Source of the DNA: Akkermansiaceae bacterium UBA5688
GTDB taxonomy: Bacteria; Verrucomicrobiota; Verrucomicrobiia; Verrucomicrobiales; Akkermansiaceae
NCBI GenBank assembly: GCA_002420315.1
Contig: DIHU01000219.1
Span: forward strand, 27,031-91,030
Direction of reading: 5' to 3'
DNA length: 64,000 nt
The notes under the pieces were generated by a model. It worked only from the letters and a program-made list of their open reading frames with translations. It had not been told where the DNA came from and did not search any database. The position numbers and the translations under genes are program-made. Position 1 is the first letter of the stretch. Every line of letters begins with the position of its first letter. Positions 28,686 to 39,479 of this stretch are shown here, piece after piece.

Positions 28686-29207
28686 TTAGCCGCCTACTGG
28701 CACCTTGTTCTCTTCCGTTGAAGTGCTAGCACCATCAGCTGGCGCCTCTTCGGAGCCCTCCGGGGCCTCGTTCGTCTCCTCGGGAGCTGTAGTTGCTTCC
28801 TCGGGAGCCTTAGTTGCCTCCTCGGGAGCTGTAGTCACTTCCGCAGGAAGTGGTGCCACAACATTACTTGCGCTCTCGAGGACTGAATTTTCAGCACCGG
28901 TCGCTTCCATGGGAGCGCTAGCCGCAGAACCTCCATCAGAAGCGTAGTTCTTGCCTTCAATGGCATTTCTCTTTCCCATCAGGATTGCCAGAACCAAGGA
29001 GAAGATAAAGAAAAGCGTGCCGAGGTAAACGGTTCCTTTTTGAAGAACATCAGTCGTTTTTGCACCAAAAGCTGCGTCAGTCATGCCGGCCCCAAATGCA
29101 GCACCAAGGCCTTCCTGCTTCGGGCGTTGCATGAGGATCACGAGAATCAGCAAAAGGCTCACGACGACGTGAGCGATAACCACTAGTGTGATAGAAATGT
29201 CTAGCAT
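28686..29207 (-). CDS. secG: Preprotein translocase subunit SecG with a long acidic Pro/Glu/Ala/Thr-rich C-terminal tail
   Basis: Two-TM SecG core (LLILVILMQRPKQEGLGAAFG...GAKTTDVLQKGT...FFIFSLVLAIL) followed by about 95 extra residues. Confidence 0.8.
   Translation of the reverse strand: MLDISITLVVIAHVVVSLLLILVILMQRPKQEGLGAAFGAGMTDAAFGAKTTDVLQKGTVYLGTLFFIFSLVLAILMGKRNAIEGKNYASDGGSAASAPMEATGAENSVLESASNVVAPLPAEVTTAPEEATKAPEEATTAPEETNEAPEGSEEAPADGASTSTEENKVPVGG
28757..28840 (-). repeat. 21-nt (7-aa) in-frame tandem repeat x4 inside the secG tail
   Basis: Plus-strand units are cctccggggcctcgttcgtct, cctcgggagctgtagttgctt, cctcgggagccttagttgcct and cctcgggagctgtagtcactt. They encode APEEATK/APEEATT/APEETNE/APEGSEE. 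Confidence 0.85.
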
Positions 29208-29311
29208 GGGAGGGCGGGACTCTACCGGCTCAACCCGACTTGTAAAGACGGAGTTTTTAGCAAAATTGCCTATTTTATTTAGGAAGTCCTAACAAGATTG
29301 CACAAGCCCAT

Positions 29312-29665
29312 TCATCCCTGATTCGTCGATTTAATGATCTCGTTTTTTAAATTGAGCACATGCCGGAGAGGAATAATCTGCTCATCTGAGATTCCAAACG
29401 CCATAATCGTGACACATTCGTCCTTCTTGATCAGGTGGGCGGCGCCCCCATTCATGATAATATGACCAGTTCCCGGATCACCGGCCTGAACGTAGGTTTC
29501 TAGACGACTCCCCGAGGTCATCGATGTCACGAGAACACGCTCACCCTCCCAAAGCCCAGCCGCCGTCATGAGATCAGAGGGGATCTCAATACTCCCTTCA
29601 TAATCAATATCAGCCTGCTTGATGATGGCCCGGTGAAGCTTCGACTTAAGTTGAATGCGCTGCAT
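29312..29665 (-). CDS. panD: Aspartate 1-decarboxylase proenzyme
   Basis: MQRIQLKSKLHRAIIKQADIDYEGSIEIP with the Gly-Ser self-processing site. The ATG at 29665 is preferred over the tracked TTG at 29701 and gives 117 aa. Confidence 0.9.
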   Translation of the reverse strand: MQRIQLKSKLHRAIIKQADIDYEGSIEIPSDLMTAAGLWEGERVLVTSMTSGSRLETYVQAGDPGTGHIIMNGGAAHLIKKDECVTIMAFGISDEQIIPLRHVLNLKNEIIKSTNQG

Positions 29666-29760
29666 GTGGTTGACGAAACGAGGAATGACTGCCGGGGTCA
29701 AGCGGTGAAAAACTCCAAGATTGAAAAAATACCGCTCGTGCTTACTGTTTTTTCCGACTC

Positions 29761-30813
29761 ATGAGGAAATTAGTGTCATTCATCATCGGCTGTGCCGGGA
29801 GTTTTTTACCTGCCCAGGAGGCCGGGCCTGCCATTCCTCCCCTTGTGGCAAAAAAGGCACTTCAGTGGATGCAAAACTCAGACGCATCCAAAAGAGCAGC
29901 CGCTTACCGCACCTTTCAGCTTTACGGTGATGAAGGAGGCACAATCTACCGTCGCACTCTTCAAAAAGCACGGACTCTTCACGAAAAAAAACTCGCAGAT
30001 ATCCTCGCCGACGAACGATCAAACCCTTTCTTGGATCTCCCCGATGTTTCGGAAAAACTGAAGACCCATCGCGCGCGCGTCTTCAAGCTCATTAAAACCG
30101 ACTACAAAAAACAACCGGACAAGATTGCGATGCTACGTCATGAGGTCGGAATGCTACAAAAAATCAACGGGCGCGCTCGTATGATTGCCGAGAATGATCC
30201 TGGATCTCTCGATAAGTCAGTCAAGGCCATCGCAACTGCTCTTGCCGAAGTCTCTCGCGAAGTGAACATCATCGACGAGACCGAGTTCGACCGCAACCAG
30301 CTCGACCTTGATGACGCACTCATGTCGATTTACGAAGGCGAAGTTCACCTCAAAAATAGGGAAGTGATCACGAATATTCGTAAGGAAATCGAATCACTAG
30401 TTTCGGCGCGGCTAGACAACAATGCCTCCGCATGGGCCAGTGTCTCTCAAAAAGATTTCGCTAACTATCTCAACGAATTTCGTTCGTTATTTGCGCTCAC
30501 TCCGCTCCGCCTAGAGGAAAAACTCTCTGATGCTGCAGTTGGGCATTCGAGAGACATGGCTTCGATGGGATTCTTCGCCCACCAATCTCCCATTCCCGAA
30601 AAAAAATCACCGGGTGACCGAGCTGAACTTGCTGGGTTCAAACATCGCTGGTCTGGAGAAAACATTTTTATGGGGTCCTCTTCACCAGTCGCTGCTTATG
30701 ACGCTTGGTTCGGCTCTGATGGACACCGCTTCATCATGTTTGCAAACGGTCCTAATCTTATAGGAATCGGACCACATGGAAGACATTGGACCATGATGAC
30801 TGGTAGAAAATAG
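29761..30813 (+). CDS. Secreted protein with a C-terminal CAP/SCP (YkwD-like) domain
   Basis: Signal peptide, a helical/charged middle region, then GHSRDMASMGFFAHQSP...GENIFMG...AYDAWFGSDGHRFIM. Confidence 0.65.
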   Translation: MRKLVSFIIGCAGSFLPAQEAGPAIPPLVAKKALQWMQNSDASKRAAAYRTFQLYGDEGGTIYRRTLQKARTLHEKKLADILADERSNPFLDLPDVSEKLKTHRARVFKLIKTDYKKQPDKIAMLRHEVGMLQKINGRARMIAENDPGSLDKSVKAIATALAEVSREVNIIDETEFDRNQLDLDDALMSIYEGEVHLKNREVITNIRKEIESLVSARLDNNASAWASVSQKDFANYLNEFRSLFALTPLRLEEKLSDAAVGHSRDMASMGFFAHQSPIPEKKSPGDRAELAGFKHRWSGENIFMGSSSPVAAYDAWFGSDGHRFIMFANGPNLIGIGPHGRHWTMMTGRK

Positions 30814-30825
30814 CCCCTTCATAAT

Positions 30826-31506
30826 GTGAGTATAGAAGAACGCTTAAACTTTACCTTTAAAAGCCAAACGCTTTTGGATGAGGCCTTGTCCCACCCCAGT
30901 CTTTCGTCAGAAATTCGTCCGGCACCGCCCGACAACCAACGACTTGAATACCTTGGAGATGCTGTTGTCGAGCTCGTGATAAGCACCTATCTTTATCGCC
31001 GCTTCCCTGAATTCCAAGAAGGTGTCCTCACTAAACTTCGTGCTTCAGTAGTTTCAAAACCTGCACTCGCGGCAGCGGCACGCACCATTGATTTAGGCAG
31101 CGCACTTTTCATGAGTAATGGTGAATCCGGAAGCGGAGGCCGGCATCGGGATTCCAACCTCGCAGATGCCCTAGAAGCAATCCTTGGTGCAATCTATCTA
31201 GACAGTGGTCTTGAAGCCGCCAAAGAGGTGGCTTTGCAACTTCTCAGCAATCAACTCGAAATCCTCAATCCTCAGAAAGCTCAAGGAAACGCCAAAGGCC
31301 AACTCCAAGAAATACTCCAACAATTAAACCCGGAGGCACCTGTATACGAAGTCATCTCAGAAGAAGGCCCCCCCCACGACCGAACCTTCGTCTGCGAGGT
31401 TACATGGAAAGGCAAACATTTAGGTCAGGGCTCTGGCCCTAGTAAAAAGTCAGCCGAAGCACAAGCTGCACAAGCTGCCCTCAACGCTCCTACTTGGAAA
31501 AGCTAA
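30826..31506 (+). CDS. rnc: Ribonuclease III
   Basis: Signature [30 protein letters not shown], and a C-terminal dsRBD. GTG start. Confidence 0.9.
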   Translation: MSIEERLNFTFKSQTLLDEALSHPSLSSEIRPAPPDNQRLEYLGDAVVELVISTYLYRRFPEFQEGVLTKLRASVVSKPALAAAARTIDLGSALFMSNGESGSGGRHRDSNLADALEAILGAIYLDSGLEAAKEVALQLLSNQLEILNPQKAQGNAKGQLQEILQQLNPEAPVYEVISEEGPPHDRTFVCEVTWKGKHLGQGSGPSKKSAEAQAAQAALNAPTWKS

Positions 31507-32984
31507 GCAAGGATCTTACGAATGACCTTCCTTGACTCCACTCCGGTCAGTCGCTCGTCGAGACCTTGATGCCTCAGAGTGAATCTCTCGTGGTCGATCC
31601 CGAGGCAGTGAAGAGCGGTAGCATTAATTTCATTAATATGCACCTTATCCTTGACCGGATTATAAGAAAACTCATCTGTTTCTCCAACCTCGGTCCCTCC
31701 TTTAATCCCTCCTCCGGCCATCCACATACAGAAGTTTTTTGGGTGATGATCTCTTCCATACGTTTCACGGCTTAGCTTGCCTTGCGAATAAACAGTTCGC
31801 CCAAATTCCCCCCCCCAGATCACGAGAGTTTCATCCAACATTCCTCGTTGCTTGAGATCCTTAAGCAATCCGGCGCAAGCTTGATCTGTATCGAGACATT
31901 GGTTCCCTAACTCCTTTGGTAAATTCCCGTGAGAATCCCAACCACGGTGCATAATCTGGACCACGCGAACACCCTTTTCCACTAAACGGCGAGCAAGGAG
32001 AGCACTTGAGGCAAAAGAGCCAGGTGTTTTTACACGTTCTCCATAAAGCCCTAGAGTCGATTCTTTCTCATGGCTTAGGTCAGTCAACTCCGGCACGCTG
32101 GCCTGCATTCTGAATGCCATTTCATATTGCGAAATACGAGTCTGGATGTCTGGATCCCCGAACTTTTCAAAACCTCGTTGATTAAGTTTCCCCAGAGCAT
32201 CGAGCATCGAGCGTCGATCCTGACGGTCAACTCCTGGCGGGTTTTCAAGATGCAAAACCGGATCATTACCCGATCTCAAAACAACACCGCTATTCCTCCC
32301 AGGTAAAAACCCGGGCCCCCACATTCGGCTAAATAGCGCCTGAGCATTCGACCCTTTCGGAAAGTTTGGTGTCAGAGCTACGAAGGCTGGAAGGTCTTCA
32401 GTTTCTGCTCCCAGGCCGTATGAAATCCATGACCCCATACTCGGCTTCCCCGGAACTTCGCTTCCGGTCATTACAAAAGTACAAGCCGGATCGTGATTAA
32501 TTGCGTTGGAATGCACTGCTTTCACTACTGCAATATCATCGACAATTCCTGCAGTATGAGGTAACAACTCACTGACCCACCGCCCACATTCACCATGCTG
32601 GGTGAACTTGAATTTTGAAGGTGCGACCGGAAAACGACCCTGACCACTTGTCATAGTGGTAATCCGATTACCTAGAAAATCCTTCGGCAGATCTTTGTTA
32701 AATTGTTTGTGTAAATTCGGCTTATGATCCCAGGTATCAAGCTGCGAAGGTCCGCCATTCATATGCAAATAAATGACCGCCTTCGCCTTACCAGCAAAAT
32801 GGGGAAGCGCAGGCAAACCGGGATGCATCGGAGACCCAGCTTGCGCGACATCACGGGAGGCCATCATTGACGCAAGTGCGACACCTCCAAGTCGCATCCC
32901 GTTATCACCAAAAAACTGGCGGCGAGTTTGCAATAGGTTCTTTTCAAAAAATGGGTCCATATCAGTCAGATCAATTACGAACAA
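31503..32984 (-). CDS. DUF1501 (sulfatase-fold) protein with a Tat-type signal
   Basis: TRRQFF twin-arginine motif and conserved DUF1501 blocks (WDHH-like WDSHGN, GGEFGRT, GRDHHP). Confidence 0.8.
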   Translation of the reverse strand: MFVIDLTDMDPFFEKNLLQTRRQFFGDNGMRLGGVALASMMASRDVAQAGSPMHPGLPALPHFAGKAKAVIYLHMNGGPSQLDTWDHKPNLHKQFNKDLPKDFLGNRITTMTSGQGRFPVAPSKFKFTQHGECGRWVSELLPHTAGIVDDIAVVKAVHSNAINHDPACTFVMTGSEVPGKPSMGSWISYGLGAETEDLPAFVALTPNFPKGSNAQALFSRMWGPGFLPGRNSGVVLRSGNDPVLHLENPPGVDRQDRRSMLDALGKLNQRGFEKFGDPDIQTRISQYEMAFRMQASVPELTDLSHEKESTLGLYGERVKTPGSFASSALLARRLVEKGVRVVQIMHRGWDSHGNLPKELGNQCLDTDQACAGLLKDLKQRGMLDETLVIWGGEFGRTVYSQGKLSRETYGRDHHPKNFCMWMAGGGIKGGTEVGETDEFSYNPVKDKVHINEINATALHCLGIDHERFTLRHQGLDERLTGVESRKVIRKILA

Positions 32985-35900
32985 TAGCCTCGTCCATGTT
33001 TAAAATTAAATTGGCCACCAAAGACCATGCAGCCAGTTCAGATGAATTAAGATCTTTTGCAGGTTCAGATTCCCCAAAAGTAATAGCTTTCATCGCTTCC
33101 TCTGGAGCACTCTGATATTTATCAAATTGCTTTTCAAAGAACCCGGCAATGATCTTTTTCTCCTCCATTCCAGGCAACCTCGAAACGACACTTTTGAAAA
33201 TAAAGTCTATCCTCTTTCCGCGATCGCTCGTGCTCTTCATAGCCCGTTCCCCCAATCCACGTGCGGCTTCAAAATGCTGCACATCATTCATCAACTGCAA
33301 GGCCTGCAACGGTGTGTTACTCCGCTCACGCTTTACACAAAATTGCTCGCGAGCAGGGGCATCAAAGTTAGCGAACATCGGATGAGGAGCCGTCCGCTTA
33401 AAAAAGGTGTAAACCGATCTCCGATATAAGTCAGCCCCATTCCCTCGTTTATAAAACCGCGTGTTTGATCCCCCAAACGCAACCGGCTCCCAAATATTGG
33501 GGGGTTGATATGGCATAACACCCCGACCGCCCATTTTAAAATTCATCAAACCGCTTACAAACAAAGCCTGATCACGGAGTTGCTCAGCATCGAGACGGAA
33601 TCTTGGCCCTCGAGCTAGGAAACGATTTTCAGGATCATTATCCCATCTTGGACTCGCCGCGGCACTCTCCTGTCGAAAGGTCTTTGTTAGCATTACCTCG
33701 CGTATGAGTGCTTTGACATTCCAACCATTAGCTTGAAAACGCAGAGCCAAATAGTCTAATAGCTCAGGGTGACTAGGGAAATCTCCCTGAGTGCCAAAAT
33801 CATGACTAGTCTTGACCAAGCCAATTCCAAAAAGCTGCTGCCAAAAACGATTCACCACAACCCTAGCTGTCAATGGATTCTCTTGAGAAACCAGCCAGTT
33901 CGCAAGATCTAGACGGGTTGCTCGTTTCCCAGTTTTCACCAATGTGGGTAGAACTGAAGGGGTCCCAGGTTCCACCTTCTCGCCAGGTTGATTATACTCG
34001 CCGCGCTTCATCACATAGCTCTCACGAGGTTTGGGTAAATCTCGATATACAAAAGTTGACGGTAGCCCTTTTTCATAGTTCGCCTGCTCACTCTCAACCT
34101 TTATCAGCTCCGTTCGTTTTGCCTCAAATTCTTTCCCTAAAGTCCCGCAGATCCGTGCGAGATAGTAATCTTTCAGAAGAGCCAACTCAGATGGTTTTCT
34201 TTCTTTCTCAATACCTTCTTGAAGCCACTGCCTCAAGGGTTCGGGAACTCCATTAACCTGCTTGGCTTTCCTCCATGCTAAAAACGAAGCCTTAGGATCA
34301 GTCGTAGGATCCTCGCTTCCAAGGACACCAAAATGATCAAAATAAGCGGTTCCTCCATGAACGGTAAAAGCAAACCCAACGATTTGCATTCCTGCCTTCA
34401 AACCCATCTTTTCACCAGGGACTTCTAGCCTTATCCACTTACCTGTCTCGGGCAATGGACCAGCGACGAATCGCTGACTCGTCCCCTTTTTGCCAAAATC
34501 GATAATATCCGCTCCCCAAACTGCTCGATGATTCCACGCCGACCCATGAAACTGAATCATCACTTCCTCCGGTGTATCCTTGGGGTCAAGATAGACGTGA
34601 AGAAAAAACCTAGATCCGCTAGGCACAGTCAAAGGAGCCGCACCCGATTCATAATAATCTTGGGCCATCTCTTTCCCTCCCCGCTTCAACGCCTTCTGCC
34701 CACTGAATACGGGCTGATCTACTAACGTCAGAGGATGACCAGAGTTTCCAACTTTCGCCCCATTTGGGAACTCATCTTCAAACCAAATAGCTTCCGTATC
34801 TTCAATCCGAACAGACGATTTATTCCCCGCTGGATCTTGGTATGAATTCCAAACTGGAAGCTTCTTCATTGATTGCACCACGCCATTACTCAGTTTATTA
34901 AACTCCGCAATTTTCGCCTCATAATTCTCAGCCTTCACCTTGATTACCGGAGCAGTTAGCAGACTGTTCCCATCCATTGCCGGATCGGCATTCGAATTAA
35001 AAAATGCATACAGGGAATAAAACTCCTTCTGGGAAATCGGGTCGTATTTATGATCGTGACATGCCGCACATTGGGCTGTTAGCCCCAACCATACCTGCGC
35101 AGTAGTGCTCGCGCGATCCACCGCATAGCGAAAGATCAATTCCTCTTTAATGCTTCCACCCTCACCACTTGTCACATTGCAACGGTTAAAGCCAGTGGCT
35201 ACCAGTTGATCTACCTTTGGATTCGGCAATAAATCGCCTGCCAGCTGCTCGACTGTAAAATCATCATAGGGGAGATTGTCATTGAATGATTTAATCACCC
35301 AATCGCGATACGCCCACATCTGACGCTCGTTATCTAAATGCATCCCGTGTGTATCACCATAACGCGCGGCATCTAGCCAATGCCGCGCCATTTCTTCTCC
35401 GTAACGAGCAGAATCCAAATAGCGATTCACCATCCTCTCATAGGCTCCATCCGTTTGATCAGACAAAAACCTATCTACCTCCTGAATTGTAGGAGGCAAT
35501 CCTGAGAGCGCAAAACTCACTCTCCGAATCAAAACTTCCCGATTCGCTTCGGGCGATGGTTGCAGATTATTCTTTTTTAGGACAGATCCCACAAACCGAT
35601 CTATCTCACTTCCCTGCCCTGGTGGTACGATTGGCATCACGGGAGACTCAAAAGCCCAGTGTTTTTGGTAGGATGCACCTCCTTCAATCCATCGCTTAAT
35701 CAATCTTTTGTCCTCATTGCTCAGTGTCTTTCGCGAATCAGGCGGGGGCATCATCTTGTCTTCGTCATCCGAAATAATCCTTAGCCACAACTCACTTTCA
35801 TCCGGTTTCCCTGCCACCAATGCTGCCTTTCCACGCCGCTTTTTTCGGAATGCTCCCTCCGGCGTATCAAGCCTTAACTTAGCCTCCCGCGAATCCTCGT

Positions 35901-36057
35901 CAATTCCGTGACACGTAAAGCACTTGTCCGAAAGAATTGGACGGATGTCCCGGTTGAAGTTTAAGACCTCGCTCCCGGTTGCAAAAAAGGACGACCCCAA
36001 CATCAAAAAAACGCAAAAACCGCTCCGATAAATCACACGAGACTCTAGCAAAAACAT
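32971..36057 (-). CDS. PSCyt (planctomycete cytochrome c) / DUF1549 / DUF1553 protein
   Basis: N-terminal haem-type motif CFTCHG, a second [11 protein letters not shown] block, and a DUF1553-type C-terminus. 14-nt overlap with the downstream DUF1501 gene. Confidence 0.8.
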   Translation of the reverse strand: MFLLESRVIYRSGFCVFLMLGSSFFATGSEVLNFNRDIRPILSDKCFTCHGIDEDSREAKLRLDTPEGAFRKKRRGKAALVAGKPDESELWLRIISDDEDKMMPPPDSRKTLSNEDKRLIKRWIEGGASYQKHWAFESPVMPIVPPGQGSEIDRFVGSVLKKNNLQPSPEANREVLIRRVSFALSGLPPTIQEVDRFLSDQTDGAYERMVNRYLDSARYGEEMARHWLDAARYGDTHGMHLDNERQMWAYRDWVIKSFNDNLPYDDFTVEQLAGDLLPNPKVDQLVATGFNRCNVTSGEGGSIKEELIFRYAVDRASTTAQVWLGLTAQCAACHDHKYDPISQKEFYSLYAFFNSNADPAMDGNSLLTAPVIKVKAENYEAKIAEFNKLSNGVVQSMKKLPVWNSYQDPAGNKSSVRIEDTEAIWFEDEFPNGAKVGNSGHPLTLVDQPVFSGQKALKRGGKEMAQDYYESGAAPLTVPSGSRFFLHVYLDPKDTPEEVMIQFHGSAWNHRAVWGADIIDFGKKGTSQRFVAGPLPETGKWIRLEVPGEKMGLKAGMQIVGFAFTVHGGTAYFDHFGVLGSEDPTTDPKASFLAWRKAKQVNGVPEPLRQWLQEGIEKERKPSELALLKDYYLARICGTLGKEFEAKRTELIKVESEQANYEKGLPSTFVYRDLPKPRESYVMKRGEYNQPGEKVEPGTPSVLPTLVKTGKRATRLDLANWLVSQENPLTARVVVNRFWQQLFGIGLVKTSHDFGTQGDFPSHPELLDYLALRFQANGWNVKALIREVMLTKTFRQESAAASPRWDNDPENRFLARGPRFRLDAEQLRDQALFVSGLMNFKMGGRGVMPYQPPNIWEPVAFGGSNTRFYKRGNGADLYRRSVYTFFKRTAPHPMFANFDAPAREQFCVKRERSNTPLQALQLMNDVQHFEAARGLGERAMKSTSDRGKRIDFIFKSVVSRLPGMEEKKIIAGFFEKQFDKYQSAPEEAMKAITFGESEPAKDLNSSELAAWSLVANLILNMDEAIVRN

Positions 36058-36202
36058 TCCAAAGCGAAAACCCCAAAAATACGGCCCCTTTCCGTTTTCA
36101 TTAGTGAACCGGAGAAACCTTTTGAATATTGGGAATCTTCAAGAAATAATCTAGACGCTGAAAAAATAGTGCTGCTGGTCCTCTTTTATCTCCACTTCGC
36201 AG

Positions 36203-36991
36203 TCAGTTGGAAATTCGGATCTCATTTGCTTGCAGTATTTTCTCGATTCCAGTCGCAGTCTGTAAGAGCAGCTCTCCTTGAGAAGACACTCCGGTAACTC
36301 GGCCCATTCTGGTAACCCCTCCCACATCAAGTCTCACATTATTCCCGTTTAAAACACAACGCGCCGACCATGCGTCGAGCAACTCCGGAAAATCCGATCC
36401 TATCTGAGCAAGCCGTAACTCCAATCGACGAAGACAGCTAATGAGAACTTCCTCTCTCGAAATCTCCTCGCCCAACTCTAGAGCAAGGGAGGTTGCAGGG
36501 TGGACAAGCCCATTTGGAAAGCCCCTTACATTCACGTTCAATCCAACTCCCACCACCACAAAACTCGAATCAGCCTCAACCAAGATTCCACAAATTTTTT
36601 TCCCTCCTACCCAAACATCATTCGGCCACTTCACTCCAGAAGACACCCCAAACGAATCAAGCCCCTCTGAAATCGCCAAACCCGCCGCTAACGCAAAGCG
36701 AGACCATAAAGTCGGGACTTCTTTAGGCCTAACGATCACGGTAAAAGCTAACCCCTCACCTGGTGGACACACCCAAGGTTGTCCCCGCCTACCCCGCCCA
36801 GAGGTCTGACGTTCAGTCAAAATTACACTGAAGTTAGATGCGCCCTTGAACGCAAATTTTCGGGCTTCATCGTTCGTCGAACCACACTCAGGCAAAAATA
36901 TCACCCGTTCACCCCACTCGGGCGAAAGCTCGTTCAGGGTTTCCCCACTCCACTCGACATCACTCCCCATCGGACAATTCTGTAAATTCAA
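36203..36991 (-). CDS. birA: Biotin--[acetyl-CoA-carboxylase] ligase (class I, no HTH domain)
   Basis: GRGRRGQPW biotin-binding loop and KWPNDV. The start is uncertain (ATG 36991 or 36970); both overlap the nadC 3' end. Confidence 0.85.
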   Translation of the reverse strand: MNLQNCPMGSDVEWSGETLNELSPEWGERVIFLPECGSTNDEARKFAFKGASNFSVILTERQTSGRGRRGQPWVCPPGEGLAFTVIVRPKEVPTLWSRFALAAGLAISEGLDSFGVSSGVKWPNDVWVGGKKICGILVEADSSFVVVGVGLNVNVRGFPNGLVHPATSLALELGEEISREEVLISCLRRLELRLAQIGSDFPELLDAWSARCVLNGNNVRLDVGGVTRMGRVTGVSSQGELLLQTATGIEKILQANEIRISN

Positions 36992-37847
36992 GAGAGAGAT
37001 CGAGCGCCACCGCTGAATGAGTTAAAGCCCCAACTGAAATAAAATCCACCCCGGTTTTCGCAATCTCTCCGACCGTTTCCAAATTCACTCCTCCGCTTGC
37101 CTCTAGTAAAGGCCGCTCCCCTTCTCGCATCCCTACCGCCAATCGTAGAGAGTCATTAGTCATATTATCCAATAGGATATGATCGACTCCATCTAACTTC
37201 AGAAAAACTTTAACCTGATCAAGTCGGTCAGCCTCTAGTTCGACTTCCACACCACTTTTCTCGGCACGCAATTTATTGATTGATTCCTGCAAGGCCTCAA
37301 TGCCTCCTTCGGCAACCAAATGATTATCCTTCACCATCGCCCGGTCATAGAGCCCCATCCGATGGTTCGCTCCTCCGCCGGCAATCACCGCCGCTTTTTC
37401 CAAAGTTCGCCAACCCGGCGTTGTTTTTCGGGTATCAAGAATTTTCGCTCCCGTCCCGTCAGTCAATTCCACAAATTGGCGAGTCTTGGTCGCGACACCC
37501 GAAAGTCTCTGTAAGAAATTCAAAGCAACCCGCTCAGCTGTGAGAAGGGAACGGGCTTTGCCCCGAACCTCTATCACGTATGATCCCGGACTCACATGGT
37601 TTCCACTCTCTAGAAGGATCTTGACCGAAGTTTCATTATCAACCCTTTTAAAAACCTCTTCGGCGACTTCCACCCCCGCAACCACACCTTCAGATTTTGC
37701 CAGGATTAAACCACGCGCCTCGCGATGCTCCGGCACAAAATAAGACGAAGTCACATCTCCAGGGCCAATATCTTCTGCCAAAGCCAAATCAATCAAAGTA
37801 GAAGTTCTTTCGTCCACTCCAAAACCATAGCGAGGTGCCCCATCCAT
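36960..37847 (-). CDS. nadC: Nicotinate-nucleotide pyrophosphorylase (carboxylating)
   Basis: LAEDIGPGDVTS, TRKTTPGWR, GGGANHRMGLYD. The tracked start 37895 is TTG. The ATG at 37847 gives a typical 295-aa product and leaves 69 nt to the divergent gene. Confidence 0.85.
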   Translation of the reverse strand: MDGAPRYGFGVDERTSTLIDLALAEDIGPGDVTSSYFVPEHREARGLILAKSEGVVAGVEVAEEVFKRVDNETSVKILLESGNHVSPGSYVIEVRGKARSLLTAERVALNFLQRLSGVATKTRQFVELTDGTGAKILDTRKTTPGWRTLEKAAVIAGGGANHRMGLYDRAMVKDNHLVAEGGIEALQESINKLRAEKSGVEVELEADRLDQVKVFLKLDGVDHILLDNMTNDSLRLAVGMREGERPLLEASGGVNLETVGEIAKTGVDFISVGALTHSAVALDLSLEFTELSDGE

Positions 37848-37916
37848 ACCAGCGTTTTGGCGGTGTTTTGTGACTGGTATCTTGTCACAATCCAACGCAC
37901 ATTGAAGCGCACTTAA

Positions 37917-39311
37917 ATGTTAGTTATTTTTTCAAAACTCCCCACAACTCTCACCCTCGGTCTTGCCGCCGTCCTTGTCTCGTGCGAAGCCCTAAAAGGA
38001 CCCAAGGCAATTAACTCTGGAACAATCGATTTGCCCGGAGCTTTTTCCCAAGCCAAATCCGGACAAAACGCAAAGATTTCCACCGGATGGATTAAGGAGT
38101 TTCGCGACTCCCGTATGACCAAAATTGTCAGGGAAGCCCTCGCTCACAATCAAGGACTCAAAGCCGCAGCTTATCGCCTCAAGGCTGCCCGCGAAGGAAC
38201 TATTATCGGCCGAGCAAGCCGACTCCCTTCAGTCAATGCCTCAACCTCATATCGTAAAACAGATAGCCAGGATATTTCCTCAAACGAGAACTATTCCATC
38301 TCTCTTAACGCCGTCTGGGAGCCTGACCTCTGGGGGCGACTTCGTAATCTCGATTATTCTGCTCGCGCAAATTACACCGCTTCGATAGCCGACTTCCGTG
38401 GCGCCAGACTTTCACTTGCAGCAAATACCGCAAAGGCTTGGTGTAATCTTGTCACATCGGAACAACAACTCGAACTCGCAAAAACCAACGTCGCGTCATT
38501 TAGTCAGGCTCTTATTGTTGTAGAGCGACGTTACAAGGCAAACACCCTTCGCTCCGTTGATGTCCAATTCGCCCGCAACAATGTCGCCAACTCCAAACGT
38601 AGCTTAAGCGTTCGGCAGCTCGGCCGCGACAACGCCGCCCGGAATCTCGAAGTTCTGCTTGGGAGATATCCAGCTGCCACAATCAATTCATCGACCGACC
38701 TTCCCTACCTTTCAGAACGCATCCCCATCGGCCTTCCATCCAAACTCCTCGAGCGACGCCCCGATCTCGAGGCGGCCCGCGCCCGCCTCTTTGCCTCAGC
38801 TCAGAATGCTGAAGCGGCTCGTAAGAACCTTCTACCTAACCTTCGCCTAACAGGAGGCACCTCAAATGGCGCAGATACCTTTAGACGCGCCCTAGATCCA
38901 AATTTTTTAGTTTATTCGATAGCTTCATCACTCGCACAAACAGTCTATCAAGGTGGTGCCTTAAGCGCACGCGCACGCGCTGCTCTCGAGCAAAATCGAG
39001 CCGTAATCGAAGATTATACCCGCCTTGCTTTACTGGCCTTCCGCGAAGTCGAGTCAGCCATCGAAACAGATCGTTCGCTCACCGAACAAGAACGTTATCT
39101 TAGACAAGAGGTCAAACAATCTCAGCTCGCTGTTAAACGAGCTCTTTCTGACATAAGCCTTGGAATTGATGGAGCCTCTTTCCTAGAATACCTTGAAGCT
39201 CAACGGCGGGCAGAAGCTGCCGGCATCTCATTGATTCGACTCAAGAACCAAAGACTCCAAAACCGTATCGACCTCCATCTGGCCTTAGGCGGTGATTACT
39301 TTACAGAATAG
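37917..39311 (+). CDS. Efflux outer-membrane factor lipoprotein (NodT/TolC family)
   Basis: Lipobox LVSC, and two TolC-type repeats with RPDLEAARARL-type motifs. No adaptor or pump gene is adjacent. Confidence 0.8.
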   Translation: MLVIFSKLPTTLTLGLAAVLVSCEALKGPKAINSGTIDLPGAFSQAKSGQNAKISTGWIKEFRDSRMTKIVREALAHNQGLKAAAYRLKAAREGTIIGRASRLPSVNASTSYRKTDSQDISSNENYSISLNAVWEPDLWGRLRNLDYSARANYTASIADFRGARLSLAANTAKAWCNLVTSEQQLELAKTNVASFSQALIVVERRYKANTLRSVDVQFARNNVANSKRSLSVRQLGRDNAARNLEVLLGRYPAATINSSTDLPYLSERIPIGLPSKLLERRPDLEAARARLFASAQNAEAARKNLLPNLRLTGGTSNGADTFRRALDPNFLVYSIASSLAQTVYQGGALSARARAALEQNRAVIEDYTRLALLAFREVESAIETDRSLTEQERYLRQEVKQSQLAVKRALSDISLGIDGASFLEYLEAQRRAEAAGISLIRLKNQRLQNRIDLHLALGGDYFTE

Positions 39312-39452
39312 CATTCCGAATTGGACTCCATCTCACTCATCGCAACCCTAAGGAGCTGTAGTTTTTATCCTACGGCAGGTCAAACTTCGCGGAAGACAAG
39401 CTCTTCGGACCAACCACAAAAAATTCTACGAAATTTTCCTTGATCAGATTCC

Positions 39453-39479
39453 TCATTAACGCGAGTAACTCGCGTTAAT
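39453..39479. promoter_or_regulatory. Perfect 27-bp palindrome (13-nt arms, 1-nt centre) at the start of the downstream outer-membrane gene. Candidate operator or translation-blocking hairpin.
   Basis: CATTAACGCGAGT-A-ACTCGCGTTAATG, read directly. The right arm ends in ATG (39477-39479). The existence of the palindrome is certain; its function is inferred. Confidence 0.5.
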
